Source: an uncultured delta proteobacterium (GTDB lineage Bacteria > Myxococcota_A > Polyangia > Polyangiales > Polyangiaceae). From it: a DNA stretch of 64,000 nt. Below the pieces are notes generated by a model that saw only the letters and a list, made by a program, of their open reading frames with translations, searched no databases and was not told where the DNA came from. The stretch is from positions 640,001-704,000 of the forward strand of contig CAVQUB010000005.1 in the NCBI GenBank assembly GCA_963716725.1. The letters run 5' to 3'. Positions 47,117-57,313 of this stretch are shown piece after piece. Position 1 is the first letter of the stretch. Each line of letters opens with the position of its first letter. The position numbers and the translations under genes are program-made.

Positions 47117-49096
47117 GTGGCCGAGACTCTCCCCCTGCCGCCGGATCTCGCGCAGACCCTCGAGGCCTGCATGCGCACGCTCTCGGCCGACGTTAGCGCG
47201 GGTGTGGAGCGAAACCCGAACTCCACCATCACGCCTGCCCAGCACACGCCTGATCCCGAGATGGCCGCCGCCATCGAGCTGTTGCGTCAGATGGGCCCGG
47301 AGCTCGGGGCCGACAAGGCTCTCGACATCGAGGGCACCCTCGGGGAGGGCGGCATGGGCGTCGTTCGACTCGCGACGCAACGCTCCGTCGGGCGCAAGGT
47401 CGCGCTGAAGACCCTGCGCGACGGCATCGACTCGAAGACCGCTGCGGCAAAACTGCTGTACGAGGGTTGGACGACGGGGGCCCTCGAACACCCGAACGTT
47501 GTGCCCGTTTACGACGTGGGCACGAGCAAGAACGGCACGCCCTTCATCGTGCTCAAGCGAATCGAAGGCGAGCACTGGGGTCAGATCATGACCAACGCCG
47601 CCGCCGTCGAGGAGCGCTTCGGCGTAACCAACCTCGTGGAATGGAATCTCCGCACGCTGATGCAGGTGTGCAACGCCGTGCATTTCGCCCACCGTCGCGG
47701 CATCGTGCACCGGGATCTGAAACCCGAGAACGTGATGATCGGCCAGTTCGGCGAGGTCTACGTCGTGGACTGGGGCATCGCCGTGAGCCTCCGCGACGAC
47801 GAGGGCGGGCGCCTGCCGCTGGCTTCGCGCACCACGCGACTGGCCGGCACTCCCTGCTACATGCCGCCGGAGACCATCGCCGAAGAGATCGGGCCCATCG
47901 CTGAGGTCTCGGACGTGTACCTGCTCGGAGCGGTGCTCTTCGAGATCCTCACGGGGCACCCGCCCCACGAAGGCTCCGAGCTGGTGGCCATCCTCGCCAG
48001 CGTGCTCATCAGCGACCCGCAGCTGCCCGACGAAGTCCCCAAAGAGCTGGCGCGGATCTGCACCCAGGCCATGGCGCGTCGGCAAGCGGACCGCTTCGCG
48101 ACCGCCGAGGATTTCCGCCTCGCCCTCCAGGACTACCTGAGTCACGCCGGATCCGTTCGGCTGGCGGCTGGCGCCGAGCAGAGCCTCGAGCGACTGCGCG
48201 CCGCCACGGCGGGCTCGACCGACGGCCTGGAGCGGACCCACCTCTACGACCTGCTGGGCGAGTGTCGCTTCGGATTTCGGTCGGCCTTGCAGGCTTGGTC
48301 TGGGAACGACGATGCGCGGCGAGGTCTGGCCGCGGCCATCGCGGCGATGACCAAGTACGAGCTCTCGCGCGGCGACGCCCGGTCGGCTCAGCTGCTGCTC
48401 TCCGAACTCGAGGAGCGTCCGGAGGATCTGGCCCGGCAGGTCGCGCGCGCGCTCCGCGAACAGGAGCAGGCCGAGCGCAAGGCGGAGGAGCTCCGCCAAC
48501 TGGGCGCGAGCCTGGATCCGACTGTCGGCCGGCGGACGCGGGTCGCAGCCGGCAGCATCTTGGGGGTGTTCTGGACCGCAGCCCCCATCATCGGGCACTA
48601 CTCGATGAACGGTGGGCGCGACCTGACCTCGAGATCTGCGCTGATCTTGGACGCGAGCGTATTCCTGATCATGGGCGCGCTCTTCATCTGGGCGCGCGAC
48701 TCGCTCACGCGCAGCGTGTTCAATCGTCGAGTGAACTCGACAGTGGCGGTGGCGATGTTGCTGAAGACCAGCATCGACCTGTGGGTGATGTGGCAGGAGA
48801 GACCGCCCGAAGAAGGCTTGCGTGCCGCGGTCTTGCTCTTCAGCGCCGTGGCAGCGGTTACGGCGATCCACCTCGGTTGGAAGCTACTGCCGCTGGCATT
48901 CGCCTACCTCGGCGTCGTCGCGCTTTCCGAGCTCGTGCCGGGCTCGATCTTACTGGGACTCTCTGGTGCCAACTTGGTGCTCACCCTGTGCATGCTGTGG
49001 ATTTGGCTGCCCAATCGGCGTTTGGGACGCGGCTTTTGGGGCGACGAGTCGCCGGAAGTCGAGAGCGCTCGCGGCGGGGATAGAGGCGGCGGGTAG
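47117..49096 (+). CDS. Ser/Thr protein kinase with C-terminal multi-TM region
   Basis: LGEGGMG, VALK, HRDLKPEN, DWG, GTPCYMPPE, DVY. Confidence 0.93.
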   Translation: MAETLPLPPDLAQTLEACMRTLSADVSAGVERNPNSTITPAQHTPDPEMAAAIELLRQMGPELGADKALDIEGTLGEGGMGVVRLATQRSVGRKVALKTLRDGIDSKTAAAKLLYEGWTTGALEHPNVVPVYDVGTSKNGTPFIVLKRIEGEHWGQIMTNAAAVEERFGVTNLVEWNLRTLMQVCNAVHFAHRRGIVHRDLKPENVMIGQFGEVYVVDWGIAVSLRDDEGGRLPLASRTTRLAGTPCYMPPETIAEEIGPIAEVSDVYLLGAVLFEILTGHPPHEGSELVAILASVLISDPQLPDEVPKELARICTQAMARRQADRFATAEDFRLALQDYLSHAGSVRLAAGAEQSLERLRAATAGSTDGLERTHLYDLLGECRFGFRSALQAWSGNDDARRGLAAAIAAMTKYELSRGDARSAQLLLSELEERPEDLARQVARALREQEQAERKAEELRQLGASLDPTVGRRTRVAAGSILGVFWTAAPIIGHYSMNGGRDLTSRSALILDASVFLIMGALFIWARDSLTRSVFNRRVNSTVAVAMLLKTSIDLWVMWQERPPEEGLRAAVLLFSAVAAVTAIHLGWKLLPLAFAYLGVVALSELVPGSILLGLSGANLVLTLCMLWIWLPNRRLGRGFWGDESPEVESARGGDRGGG

Positions 49097-49148
49097 AAAC
49101 GCCGCCAACTTCCCGGACCCTGTCCGACGCCGCACAGCCCCGCGCTCG

Positions 49149-49781
49149 TTACTGCTTCGCGCTCTTCTGCTTTTTCTTCTTGGCGGCCCAGATCTTCTCG
49201 GACCGATCACGCGATCCGATCACGGCTTCGTCGGCGGCGTAGGAGGCCTCCCCCGTCACCACCGAGCCCGGCACGGGAAGCTTCGACACGATCAAGAGCT
49301 CGAGGTTGAGCTGGGTGTTGTCGTCGTCGATCTCTTTGATGCGCCACCACGCGTCCAATCGAGAAACGTTGCCCTTGATCATGTGGCCTTCGAGCACCTC
49401 CTCGCCGTCGACCGACTTGATGGGGCCGAAGCGCACGACGGCCCACACCTTCGCCGCGCCCTTGAGGATCGGGACCTGAAGGTAGACGTCGGTGTTCTTG
49501 CCGTCGCGTCCCACGACCTTCGACTTGTCGAACTTGCCGATGAACTTGGAGTAGTTCTTGAAGTCGGTGACGACCTTGCGCAGCTCCGATTTCGGCGTCG
49601 CCACGTGCACGCGCGCTGCGCCCGCCTTCGTGCTGCTGTGCGCCGTCTTGACCTGGTACCGCTCCGAATCACGGAGCTTCATCAAGCGCTTCGCCTCATC
49701 TGTGGGCTCGGCTGCGGCGGTTGGAACGCTCAGCGCGAGGGCGAGGCCCGCGACGGAGACGAGGAGTGTGCGCCAGCGCAT
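49149..49781 (-). CDS. Exported SRPBCC/START-like protein
   Basis: Signal peptide AAA-E; VVTDFKNYSKFI pattern; GNV..LDAWW. Confidence 0.6.
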   Translation of the reverse strand: MRWRTLLVSVAGLALALSVPTAAAEPTDEAKRLMKLRDSERYQVKTAHSSTKAGAARVHVATPKSELRKVVTDFKNYSKFIGKFDKSKVVGRDGKNTDVYLQVPILKGAAKVWAVVRFGPIKSVDGEEVLEGHMIKGNVSRLDAWWRIKEIDDDNTQLNLELLIVSKLPVPGSVVTGEASYAADEAVIGSRDRSEKIWAAKKKKQKSAKQ

Positions 49782-49919
49782 CGTCCCCAGTATGCCTCCC
49801 CACGAAGCCGAGCCAAACGGGAGCGGCATCCCGTCAGTGATTCTCGGTGGTTGAGGCGGCGCAGCAGACGAAGCCGCGCTCGGAATGCGCCGGCGCGAGG
49901 CATGCGCGCCGCACGCGGT

Positions 49920-50312
49920 TCACCACTCGTCGATCTTCAGGTATTCCGCCGCCTGGCGATCGGACGACTCCTCGTGCTTGGAGAACCACGAGTGCAGCGT
50001 GTCCGCCAGCACCCCCATCAGCTCGCTGCTGGAGTCGTCGCCCCGCGCGCGCATCGCCCGGATCCTCTCCAAGAACGAAGCGTGCTCTTGGCGATGCCCG
50101 ATGATGCCCGGATACCCCCCGCGGTCCATCAGCCGCTCTTCGAGGGCGAAGTGCTGCCCAAAGTCCCCGAGCAGCGCGTCCAGCAGCGTTCCCGCGGCGG
50201 GCTCGCTTCCTCCCAAACTGCGCCTCAGCTGCTTGATCCCATCAGCGAGGTAGCGGTGCTGCGCTGCGACGCCTTGGGGAAGCCCGCGGCGTTCGGGGAC
50301 CTCGTCGTTCAT
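49920..50312 (-). CDS. Bacteriohemerythrin-like protein
   Basis: QH, HFALEERLM, HRQEH, WFSKH...D di-iron ligands. Confidence 0.85.
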   Translation of the reverse strand: MNDEVPERRGLPQGVAAQHRYLADGIKQLRRSLGGSEPAAGTLLDALLGDFGQHFALEERLMDRGGYPGIIGHRQEHASFLERIRAMRARGDDSSSELMGVLADTLHSWFSKHEESSDRQAAEYLKIDEW

Positions 50313-50357
50313 ACAGCGCCAGTTTCGCTCCAGGACGCCTGCCCGGTCAACGAACAC

Positions 50358-50567
50358 TTAGTCGTTGAGCCCCGCCAAGATATCGGCCGGTGGGGGCCAC
50401 TGCGCTTCGGTCGCCGGGTCGAGCCAGTCCATGCCGAAGTCGTGGCCGTTCTCACAGCGGTAGCGGTCGGTTTCATCGCCTTCATAGATCCGTTGGGCGC
50501 GGGTCAGCACTCGATCGTCGAGGCAGACCATGCAGGCGACCACTCGAGCGAACTCTCCACCGGCCAT
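50358..50567 (-). CDS. Small putative zinc-ribbon protein (69 aa)
   Basis: CMVC...YRCENGH; abuts the hemerythrin gene on the same strand. Confidence 0.55.
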   Translation of the reverse strand: MAGGEFARVVACMVCLDDRVLTRAQRIYEGDETDRYRCENGHDFGMDWLDPATEAQWPPPADILAGLND

Positions 50568-50685
50568 GCCAACACATACCTCGAATCGGCCCGCGCCCGG
50601 AAGGCAGTCTGGCCCCGGAAGCGCGCGTCCGCAGAATCTGCGTGCGCCGACTCCGGGTGTCGTCATCATGGTATGAGCTCTTCCC

Positions 50686-51513
50686 ATGAAGACGCGCATT
50701 GCCGGCATTGCCGTGATGGTTCTTGCCGCGTGTGGAGGCCCACCGGCGGAGCCAGCAGCGGCCCCCGCTGCACCCGCAACGCCCGAGCCTCCCGGGACGG
50801 CGAAGCCGGCGGAGTCGGCGTCGCCTCCCGCAGAGCTGACGCCCCCGTCCGAGTCGGCGCCCGAGCCGATGGGCAAGATCGAAGAGCCTCCGCCGGGATC
50901 GCCGCGCGAGAAGCTGATGCGCGCGCACTTCAAAGAGACGGAGCTGATCCGCGCCGCGATCATCACCGGAAAGCTGAACAACGCGGTGGCTCCTGCCAAG
51001 GCGCTCACCAACACGGAAGGCATGGGAAAGATCCCGCCGAAGGGCGAGCCCGCGGTGGAGCTGATCAAGGCGGCGTCGGGTCGGATCGGCAACAGCCCGG
51101 ACGCGCCCGCGGTCGCCGCTGCCACCGCAGACATCGGAGTCGCCTGTGGCAACTGCCATCGGTCCACCAACGGTCCCAAGCTGCAGGTCGGCAAGCCGCC
51201 GGCGGCTGGAACCACGGTGGCGAGCCGTATGGCGCGCCACGTGTGGGCGACGGACCGTCTCTGGGAAGGACTCTACGTGCCGTCCGATGCCGCTTGGGCC
51301 GCAGGGGCCGATGCACTCGGGGGCGATGCGTTCCCCGAAGAGGTGCGCAAGAAGGGCGGCGTGCACGGGCGCGCCGCCGCGGATCGTCTCGCGACGCTGG
51401 TCGCGACTGCGGGCAGCAAGAAGACCCCCGCGGACCGCGCCGCGGTCTACGCGTCGATGCTCGAGACTTGCGCCGCGTGTCACGGCGTGATGGGCGGCGG
51501 GCAGAAGAAGTAG
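50686..51513 (+). CDS. Diheme cytochrome c lipoprotein (two cytochrome c'-like helical halves)
   Basis: Lipobox LAAC; MRAH...CGNCH and MARH...CAACH. Confidence 0.8.
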   Translation: MKTRIAGIAVMVLAACGGPPAEPAAAPAAPATPEPPGTAKPAESASPPAELTPPSESAPEPMGKIEEPPPGSPREKLMRAHFKETELIRAAIITGKLNNAVAPAKALTNTEGMGKIPPKGEPAVELIKAASGRIGNSPDAPAVAAATADIGVACGNCHRSTNGPKLQVGKPPAAGTTVASRMARHVWATDRLWEGLYVPSDAAWAAGADALGGDAFPEEVRKKGGVHGRAAADRLATLVATAGSKKTPADRAAVYASMLETCAACHGVMGGGQKK

Positions 51514-51536
51514 GCGTCAGCCTGCCGGACGAGGCG

Positions 51537-52412
51537 TCAGGGCCCGCGCTCGGACAGCACCTGACCGAGCTTCGCGGGGTCGTCGCTCATGATGCCGTGC
51601 GTGCCGAGGTCGAGCAAGCGCTCCATCTCTTCGCGATCGTTGACGGTCCAAGCGTGCAGCCGCAAGCCCAGGCGCTTGGCGCGAGCCACCGACTCTGCGT
51701 TGACGGAGCTCGCGGGCGGCTGCACGAGGCGGGTGGGCGCCTGGTAGTCTCTCTCGCTCTCGTCAGTCAAAGAACTCAGGGCCAGCATCTCGCCCAGCCC
51801 CATGCCCGTGAGTACGTCCGGGCGTTTCTGGCGAACCTCCTGCACGATCGCGTCCGAAAACGCGACCACCACTGCCCGCGAGGCGGCGCCCTTGGCATCG
51901 AGCACCTCGAGGACTTCATCGACGATGCTCGGTGAGCTCTGCTTGATCTCGATGGACCACCACGCCTGGGGATGCGCGTCGAGCACTTCGGCCAAGGTTG
52001 GCACCGTGACGCCCTGGCCCCGCGAGGGAAATGTCGCGCCGCCGTCGGTCGTGAAGTCGTAGCCCGCGTCGAGCTCCTTCACTTCCTTCAGGGTCAGGGC
52101 ATGCACGGGCCCGGTGCCGTTGGTGGTGCGATCCACCGTCGCGTCGTGCAGACAGACTATCGTGCCGTCCGAGGTCGAATGCACGTCGAGCTCGAGTATG
52201 TCTGCCCCGAGGGCAGCTGCGTTTCCGAACGCCGACAAGGTCTCTTCTGGCCTGAGCGCGCCGCCCCCGCGGTGCGCTATCAGGAGCGGGGCCCCGCACA
52301 GCAGGCGGTTGTCGGCGGGGCTGCAGGTGGCCTGCTGGTCTGCGGCGGTGTCGTCGCCACAGCCGGTGAGCGCGAGCGCGAACAGCGCGACCAGGAGCCT
52401 CGGGGCCATCAC
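51537..52412 (-). CDS. Glycerophosphodiester phosphodiesterase lipoprotein
   Basis: IAHRGG, PEET, ELDV, HD, IEIK, WTVND, IMSDDP; lipobox LTGC. Confidence 0.92.
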   Translation of the reverse strand: MMAPRLLVALFALALTGCGDDTAADQQATCSPADNRLLCGAPLLIAHRGGGALRPEETLSAFGNAAALGADILELDVHSTSDGTIVCLHDATVDRTTNGTGPVHALTLKEVKELDAGYDFTTDGGATFPSRGQGVTVPTLAEVLDAHPQAWWSIEIKQSSPSIVDEVLEVLDAKGAASRAVVVAFSDAIVQEVRQKRPDVLTGMGLGEMLALSSLTDESERDYQAPTRLVQPPASSVNAESVARAKRLGLRLHAWTVNDREEMERLLDLGTHGIMSDDPAKLGQVLSERGP

Positions 52413-52472
52413 GCCGAGCTTGCACCGAATCGCGGCTTCGGTCGACGCTCGCTTTCGACGAGCCTCGAGGGA

Positions 52473-53849
52473 TCAGACGATCGAGACCCGCCCCTCGCTG
52501 AAGTCGGCGGCGCCGTTCAGGACGTCCTCGAGCTCCCGCAGGCGGCGCTCGGAGTAGTCCGAGAGGAAGGACAAGAGCCGGGGGTCCGTCATCGCCATCT
52601 TCTTGAATTCGTCGTTGTCGAGCACCAGCACCAGACACTTGGTGTCGCAGCGGACCGAGGTCGGCGCGGGCCAATTGCTGAGCAGCGAGGCCTCACCGAA
52701 GATCGCCCCGCTGTTCAGGGTACCCAAGAGCCTGCGCTGCTCGCGGTCGCCACGGATGACCGAGGCGCGACCGGTCAGGAGCAAGAACAGTCCCGGGGAG
52801 ATCCAGTTTTCGGTCACCAAGACCGCCCCGGCAGGCGCTTCCAGCAGCCGAAATCGGCCGACCAGGTCCTGGCGCTCGTCGGGTGCGAGCTGGGTGAACA
52901 TCGGATGCGTAGACGTCAGCGCATTCACCAACCGCTCGCGCACCTCTTGCAACAGCGCGTTGAGCACCTCGGGCTCGCGCTCGATCAACTCGGTGACAGC
53001 GACTCTGGAGAGCTTCAGCAGCTTGCACTCGTCGAGAGCCACCGCGGTGTAGGGCCGCGCGTCGTCCGAGAGGACGCCGACGACGCCCAGCACTCCGCCC
53101 GACTCCAGTCGTGTGAGCTCGACGCTGCGCTGAGCGTCCGCCCACAAGACCACTCGACCGTCGGCGACGACGTACATCGCGTCGGGAACTTCGCCGCGCT
53201 CGAAGACCACGCTCCCCCGCGGGCAATCGATCAGCTCGAGGCGGTCGATGAGCAGCTTGAGGGTCTCGGGGCTCACGCTGCGGAAGAGCGGCAGCGACTC
53301 CAGGACTGCTCCCGGATCCAGCGGGTAGTCCACGAAGTACTCGATCTCTTCGATCTGGATCTCGTAGGCGCCGGACTCCTTCTTGACCGCGCCCGGCACC
53401 GCGTCCCGCAGTGACATCGTCTCGAGGGGTGCGCCGGACCGGATGCTCCTCGGCCCCTCGGTCGACACGGCCCCGTCGCTCGCCAAGATCTCCGCCGCCG
53501 CGCGGGGAACGCGGTCGAGCCCTCGCACCCGCTGGCCTTGCAGCTCGGCGAGGCGGTCCTGCGTCCGGGTGTGGTCCGGATCGAGAGCCAGAATCATCTT
53601 GCAGATCGCCACGGCCTTGAGCGTGAACCCGCGGTCGGCGTAGCCCGTCGCGGCCCGCTCCAGCGCCGCCTGTTGCTCGCGACCCTTGCCGAGCTGCCGA
53701 TAACACTCGGCCGCGCGTTGGGGCCAGCTGGCGTCGCGTGGCTCGAGACGCTCGAGCTCGAGGTAGGCGTCGAGGGCCTGCTCGAGGCGGCCTTTCTCGC
53801 GTGCTTCGGCCGCTGCTTGGCGCAAGCGCCTGATCTGCTCCTTCGACAT
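52473..53849 (-). CDS. TPR-like + tandem cyclic-nucleotide-binding domain protein
   Basis: Helical N-terminus; two cNMP domains (VFERGE...YVVADG; FGEASLL...TSVR). Confidence 0.85.
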   Translation of the reverse strand: MSKEQIRRLRQAAAEAREKGRLEQALDAYLELERLEPRDASWPQRAAECYRQLGKGREQQAALERAATGYADRGFTLKAVAICKMILALDPDHTRTQDRLAELQGQRVRGLDRVPRAAAEILASDGAVSTEGPRSIRSGAPLETMSLRDAVPGAVKKESGAYEIQIEEIEYFVDYPLDPGAVLESLPLFRSVSPETLKLLIDRLELIDCPRGSVVFERGEVPDAMYVVADGRVVLWADAQRSVELTRLESGGVLGVVGVLSDDARPYTAVALDECKLLKLSRVAVTELIEREPEVLNALLQEVRERLVNALTSTHPMFTQLAPDERQDLVGRFRLLEAPAGAVLVTENWISPGLFLLLTGRASVIRGDREQRRLLGTLNSGAIFGEASLLSNWPAPTSVRCDTKCLVLVLDNDEFKKMAMTDPRLLSFLSDYSERRLRELEDVLNGAADFSEGRVSIV

Positions 53850-53951
53850 GCTCCTCCGATTTCTATAGCAGACCTGCGCGGGGACCCCTTGCTGTCCCGG
53901 CGCCTCAGCGCAGCGCAGATTTGGTGCTAAGCAAGCTGCGTGGGCGGTTCC

Positions 53952-54941
53952 ATGAGCACTCGGGCAAGGCGTGAAGGATTGGCGTGCGCAGTGCTCGCAA
54001 CGGCAATGGCGCTCGCGTGCTCGGGTTCGTCGGACGACGATCCGGGATCGGGCGGTGCGGGTGGCGCCGCCGGAGGTGTTGCGGGCATGGCCGGTACCGG
54101 CGGGACGCCTGCGGGAGGTTCGGCCGGGGCTGTCACCGGAGGAAGCGCGGGTGCCGCCGGAACGGGCGGCGCCTCGTCGAGCGGTTCCTTCTCGGTCCTG
54201 ACCTACAACGTTGCAGGGCTGCCTCAAGGCATCAGCGGCGGCAATCCCACCGTCAACACGCCGCTGATCAGCCCGCTCTTGAACCCATTCGACTTGGTCT
54301 ACGTGCAGGAGGACTTCAGCTTCCACGCGGCGCTCGTCTCTGCGGTGACGCATGCCTATTTGTCGCTTCCGCTCGCCACGGGTGGCGCGCTTGGCGACGG
54401 GTTGAATCGCCTGGCGCGCTTCCCGTTCTCCGGCTTTGCCCGGGAAGCGTGGCAGGTCTGTTACGGGACCATCGATTCTGGGAGCGACTGTCTGACCAAG
54501 AAGGGCTTCTCGGTCGCTTCGCACCAGTTGGCGGAGGGCGCGAGCGTGCACGTCTACAACATGCACATGGACGCCGGCCACAAGAGCCAAGAAGACTACA
54601 AGGCTCGCCAGGCGCAGGTTCAGCAATTGCTCGCGGCAATCCAGAAGCGTTCGCTCGGACTGCCCGTGATCGTCGTGGGCGACACCAATCTGAAGGACAC
54701 GCAGGATGAAACGATGCTCCAGGCGCTGCTCGACGGCGCCGGACTCGAGGACGCCTGTCGCGCGCTCGGTTGCCCGGAGCCCGCTCGTATCGATCGCATC
54801 ATGTTCCGCAGCAGCGTCACCTTCACGCTCACGCCGAAGAATTGGCGCGTGGATCCGAGTTTCGTCGACGGCACGGCCAAGCCGCTCTCGGATCACGAGG
54901 CCGTCGCCGTCGACTTCGACTGGTCTGGCAAGTCGGAGTGA
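53952..54941 (+). CDS. Endonuclease/exonuclease/phosphatase family lipoprotein (sphingomyelinase-like)
   Basis: LTYNVAG, QEDF, KG, NMHM, GDTN, IDRI, LSDH. Confidence 0.88.
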   Translation: MSTRARREGLACAVLATAMALACSGSSDDDPGSGGAGGAAGGVAGMAGTGGTPAGGSAGAVTGGSAGAAGTGGASSSGSFSVLTYNVAGLPQGISGGNPTVNTPLISPLLNPFDLVYVQEDFSFHAALVSAVTHAYLSLPLATGGALGDGLNRLARFPFSGFAREAWQVCYGTIDSGSDCLTKKGFSVASHQLAEGASVHVYNMHMDAGHKSQEDYKARQAQVQQLLAAIQKRSLGLPVIVVGDTNLKDTQDETMLQALLDGAGLEDACRALGCPEPARIDRIMFRSSVTFTLTPKNWRVDPSFVDGTAKPLSDHEAVAVDFDWSGKSE

Positions 54942-54992
54942 CGAGGCACGAAGCGATCAGGCGCCGGCGACGGCGTCGCGGGGAATTCGGGG

Positions 54993-55769
54993 TCAGCGCC
55001 CGCCGCGGTCGGCCGCGTCGACGATGGCACTGAACCCCGCGGCGTCGAGGGACGCGCCGCCCACCAGGGCGCCGTCGATGTTCGGTTGCCCGAGCAACTG
55101 CGCTGCGTTGTCGGCCTTCACGCTGCCGCCGTAGAGGACGCGGGTCGCTTTGGCCAACGCGCCCGACTGCTGGGCCAGGAGCGCCCGGATCGCCGCGTGC
55201 ACGGCCTCCGCGTCTTCGGGGCTGGCGACCTTGCCGGTGCCAATGGCCCACACGGGCTCGTAGGCGATGGCGCCGAAGCCCGGTTGTCGGGCCAGCACGT
55301 CGATCACGGCGCGGACCTGACGCCCGACTACCTCGAGCGTGGTGCCGGCGTCGCGCTCGGCCAGCGTCTCGCCGACGCACACCATCGGCCGCGGGCCCGT
55401 CGTCAGCGCGCGTTGGGTCTTCTTCGCGACGACCGCGTCGGTCTCGCCGCAGAGTTGACGTCGCTCACTGTGGCCGACGAGGACCCACGTCACGCCCGTC
55501 GCGAGCAGCATCCCGCTGGAGATTTCACCTGTGAACGCGCCGTCGTTGGCATCGCTCATGTTCTGCGCGCCAAGCGCGACGCGGCTCCCGGTGGCGTCGA
55601 GCGCTGCGCGAACCGCAGCGAGCGCGGTGAAGGGCGGCGCGACGAGCACGTCGACGCGATCGCGGTCCCGCACGCTCCGCGCTACGGCGGCCGCCAACTC
55701 AGCGGCCTCCGGCCCGCCGACGTTCATCTTCCAATTGCCGGCGATGAAAGGCCTTCGGTCGGGGTTCAC
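54993..55769 (-). CDS. tpiA: Triosephosphate isomerase
   Basis: [36 protein letters not shown]. Confidence 0.97.
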   Translation of the reverse strand: MNPDRRPFIAGNWKMNVGGPEAAELAAAVARSVRDRDRVDVLVAPPFTALAAVRAALDATGSRVALGAQNMSDANDGAFTGEISSGMLLATGVTWVLVGHSERRQLCGETDAVVAKKTQRALTTGPRPMVCVGETLAERDAGTTLEVVGRQVRAVIDVLARQPGFGAIAYEPVWAIGTGKVASPEDAEAVHAAIRALLAQQSGALAKATRVLYGGSVKADNAAQLLGQPNIDGALVGGASLDAAGFSAIVDAADRGGR

Positions 55770-55853
55770 GAGTTCCTGCCTACGGCTTGGGCCGCGCGAC
55801 GGTCAAGCCCGCTTCCATGGCCGCCCTGCTTGGGATACGGTCGCCATTCTCCG

Positions 55854-57287
55854 ATGAGTACCTCCTTCCACGCGGCTGGGCCTGTCGTCCTCGCCAGCGA
55901 TCATGGGGGTTTCGAGCTGAAACAGGCGCTGCTTCGCCACCTAGCGCGGGCTGGGGTGCGCACCTTGGACGCGGGCACCCACAGCAAGGAGGCCTGCGAC
56001 TACCCCGTGTTCGCGACCGCCGCCGCGCTCGCGGTGGCGCGCGGTGAGGCGTGGCGTGGCGTGGTGATCGACGGCGCCGGAATCGGCTCGGGCATGGTCG
56101 CAAACAAGATCCCGGGCGTGCGCTCGGCGATGGCGTTCAACGAGGCCACCGCGCGGAACGCGCGTGAGCACAACAACGCCAACGTCATCACCTTGGGAGC
56201 GGGCTATCTCAGCGAAGAAGCGGCCATCAAAGTCCTTGACGTCTTTCTGGCTACCGATTGTACTGAAGACCGCCACAAGCGCCGTGTGGCGATGATCGAC
56301 GCACTCGACGCCGGGCGCAGCTTGCCCGCGTCCCCACACCTCACGAGGATCAGCGAGCCCATGGCAAGCACCGACCGCGCGGCGCTCGTTCAAGCGATCG
56401 TCGACGTCCTGACGGCGAACCCGTCGTTGCTCGCGGGCGCCGGCGACATGCCCGGCGGTGCGCCCAGCTTGTGCGAGAACGGGCGCTGCGTCGCCTGTGG
56501 GCACTGCATCTCCAAGCGAACCGACAGCGTGCGGGCCATCGTCGGCGCTGGCCGCCCCATGCGCCTCGCCAGCGCGCCGGGGTTGGGCGCGGTTCCCGAG
56601 GACATCGCCAAATACATCGACCACACCCTGCTCAAGCCCGACGCGACCTACGCCGACATCGACAAACTCTGCGACGAGGCGCGGCGGTTCGGCTTTGCCT
56701 CGGTCTGCGTCAATCCGGTGCACGTCAAGCGCTGCGCGGACAAACTCCGGGGCTCGTCCTCCCTCGTGTGCACGGTGATTGGCTTCCCGCTCGGTGCCAC
56801 GCCGCCTGAGGTCAAGGCGCTGGAGACTCGCCGCGCGATCCGCGATGGCGCTCGCGAGATCGACATGGTCGTCGCCATCGGCGCGCTCAAGTCCGGGGAC
56901 CACAAGTACGTGTACGAAGACATCCGTACCGTGGCTGAGGCAGCCCACGACGGCCGCGCCATCCTCAAGGTCATCCTCGAGACGGCACTGCTGACCGACG
57001 AAGAGAAGATCGCCGGCTGCGTCGCCGCCAAGAAAGCGCGCGCCGACTTCGTCAAGACTTCGACCGGCTTCGCCAAGGGTGGGGCGACCGTGCACGACGT
57101 CACGCTGATGGCCACGGCCGTCGATCAGAAGCTCGGCGTCAAGGCCTCCGGCGGCGTCGGTTCGGTGGACGACGCGCGCAAGATGATCGAAGCCGGTGCG
57201 ACTCGCATCGGCGCGTCCGTCGGTGTGAAGATCGTGCAAGAGTCACGTGGGCAGAAGTCCGACGAGACCGCGAAGGCTGCGTACTAG
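55854..57287 (+). CDS. deoC: RpiB/LacAB-family isomerase fused to deoxyribose-phosphate aldolase, with internal encapsulation-peptide-like helix
   Basis: [32 protein letters not shown]; then [43 protein letters not shown]; no stop between the two domains. Confidence 0.92.
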   Translation: MSTSFHAAGPVVLASDHGGFELKQALLRHLARAGVRTLDAGTHSKEACDYPVFATAAALAVARGEAWRGVVIDGAGIGSGMVANKIPGVRSAMAFNEATARNAREHNNANVITLGAGYLSEEAAIKVLDVFLATDCTEDRHKRRVAMIDALDAGRSLPASPHLTRISEPMASTDRAALVQAIVDVLTANPSLLAGAGDMPGGAPSLCENGRCVACGHCISKRTDSVRAIVGAGRPMRLASAPGLGAVPEDIAKYIDHTLLKPDATYADIDKLCDEARRFGFASVCVNPVHVKRCADKLRGSSSLVCTVIGFPLGATPPEVKALETRRAIRDGAREIDMVVAIGALKSGDHKYVYEDIRTVAEAAHDGRAILKVILETALLTDEEKIAGCVAAKKARADFVKTSTGFAKGGATVHDVTLMATAVDQKLGVKASGGVGSVDDARKMIEAGATRIGASVGVKIVQESRGQKSDETAKAAY

Positions 57288-57313
57288 CAGCCTCGAAAGG
57301 TGAGAGCAGCCAG

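Noticed and set aside
48822..51935. 1037-aa plus-strand ORF
   Set aside because: Overlaps several better-supported genes on both strands; Arg-rich sequence with no recognisable domain.
55086..55853. N-terminal extension making RpiB-DeoC 733 aa
   Set aside because: Antisense to tpiA; RpiB similarity begins just after Met 55854.
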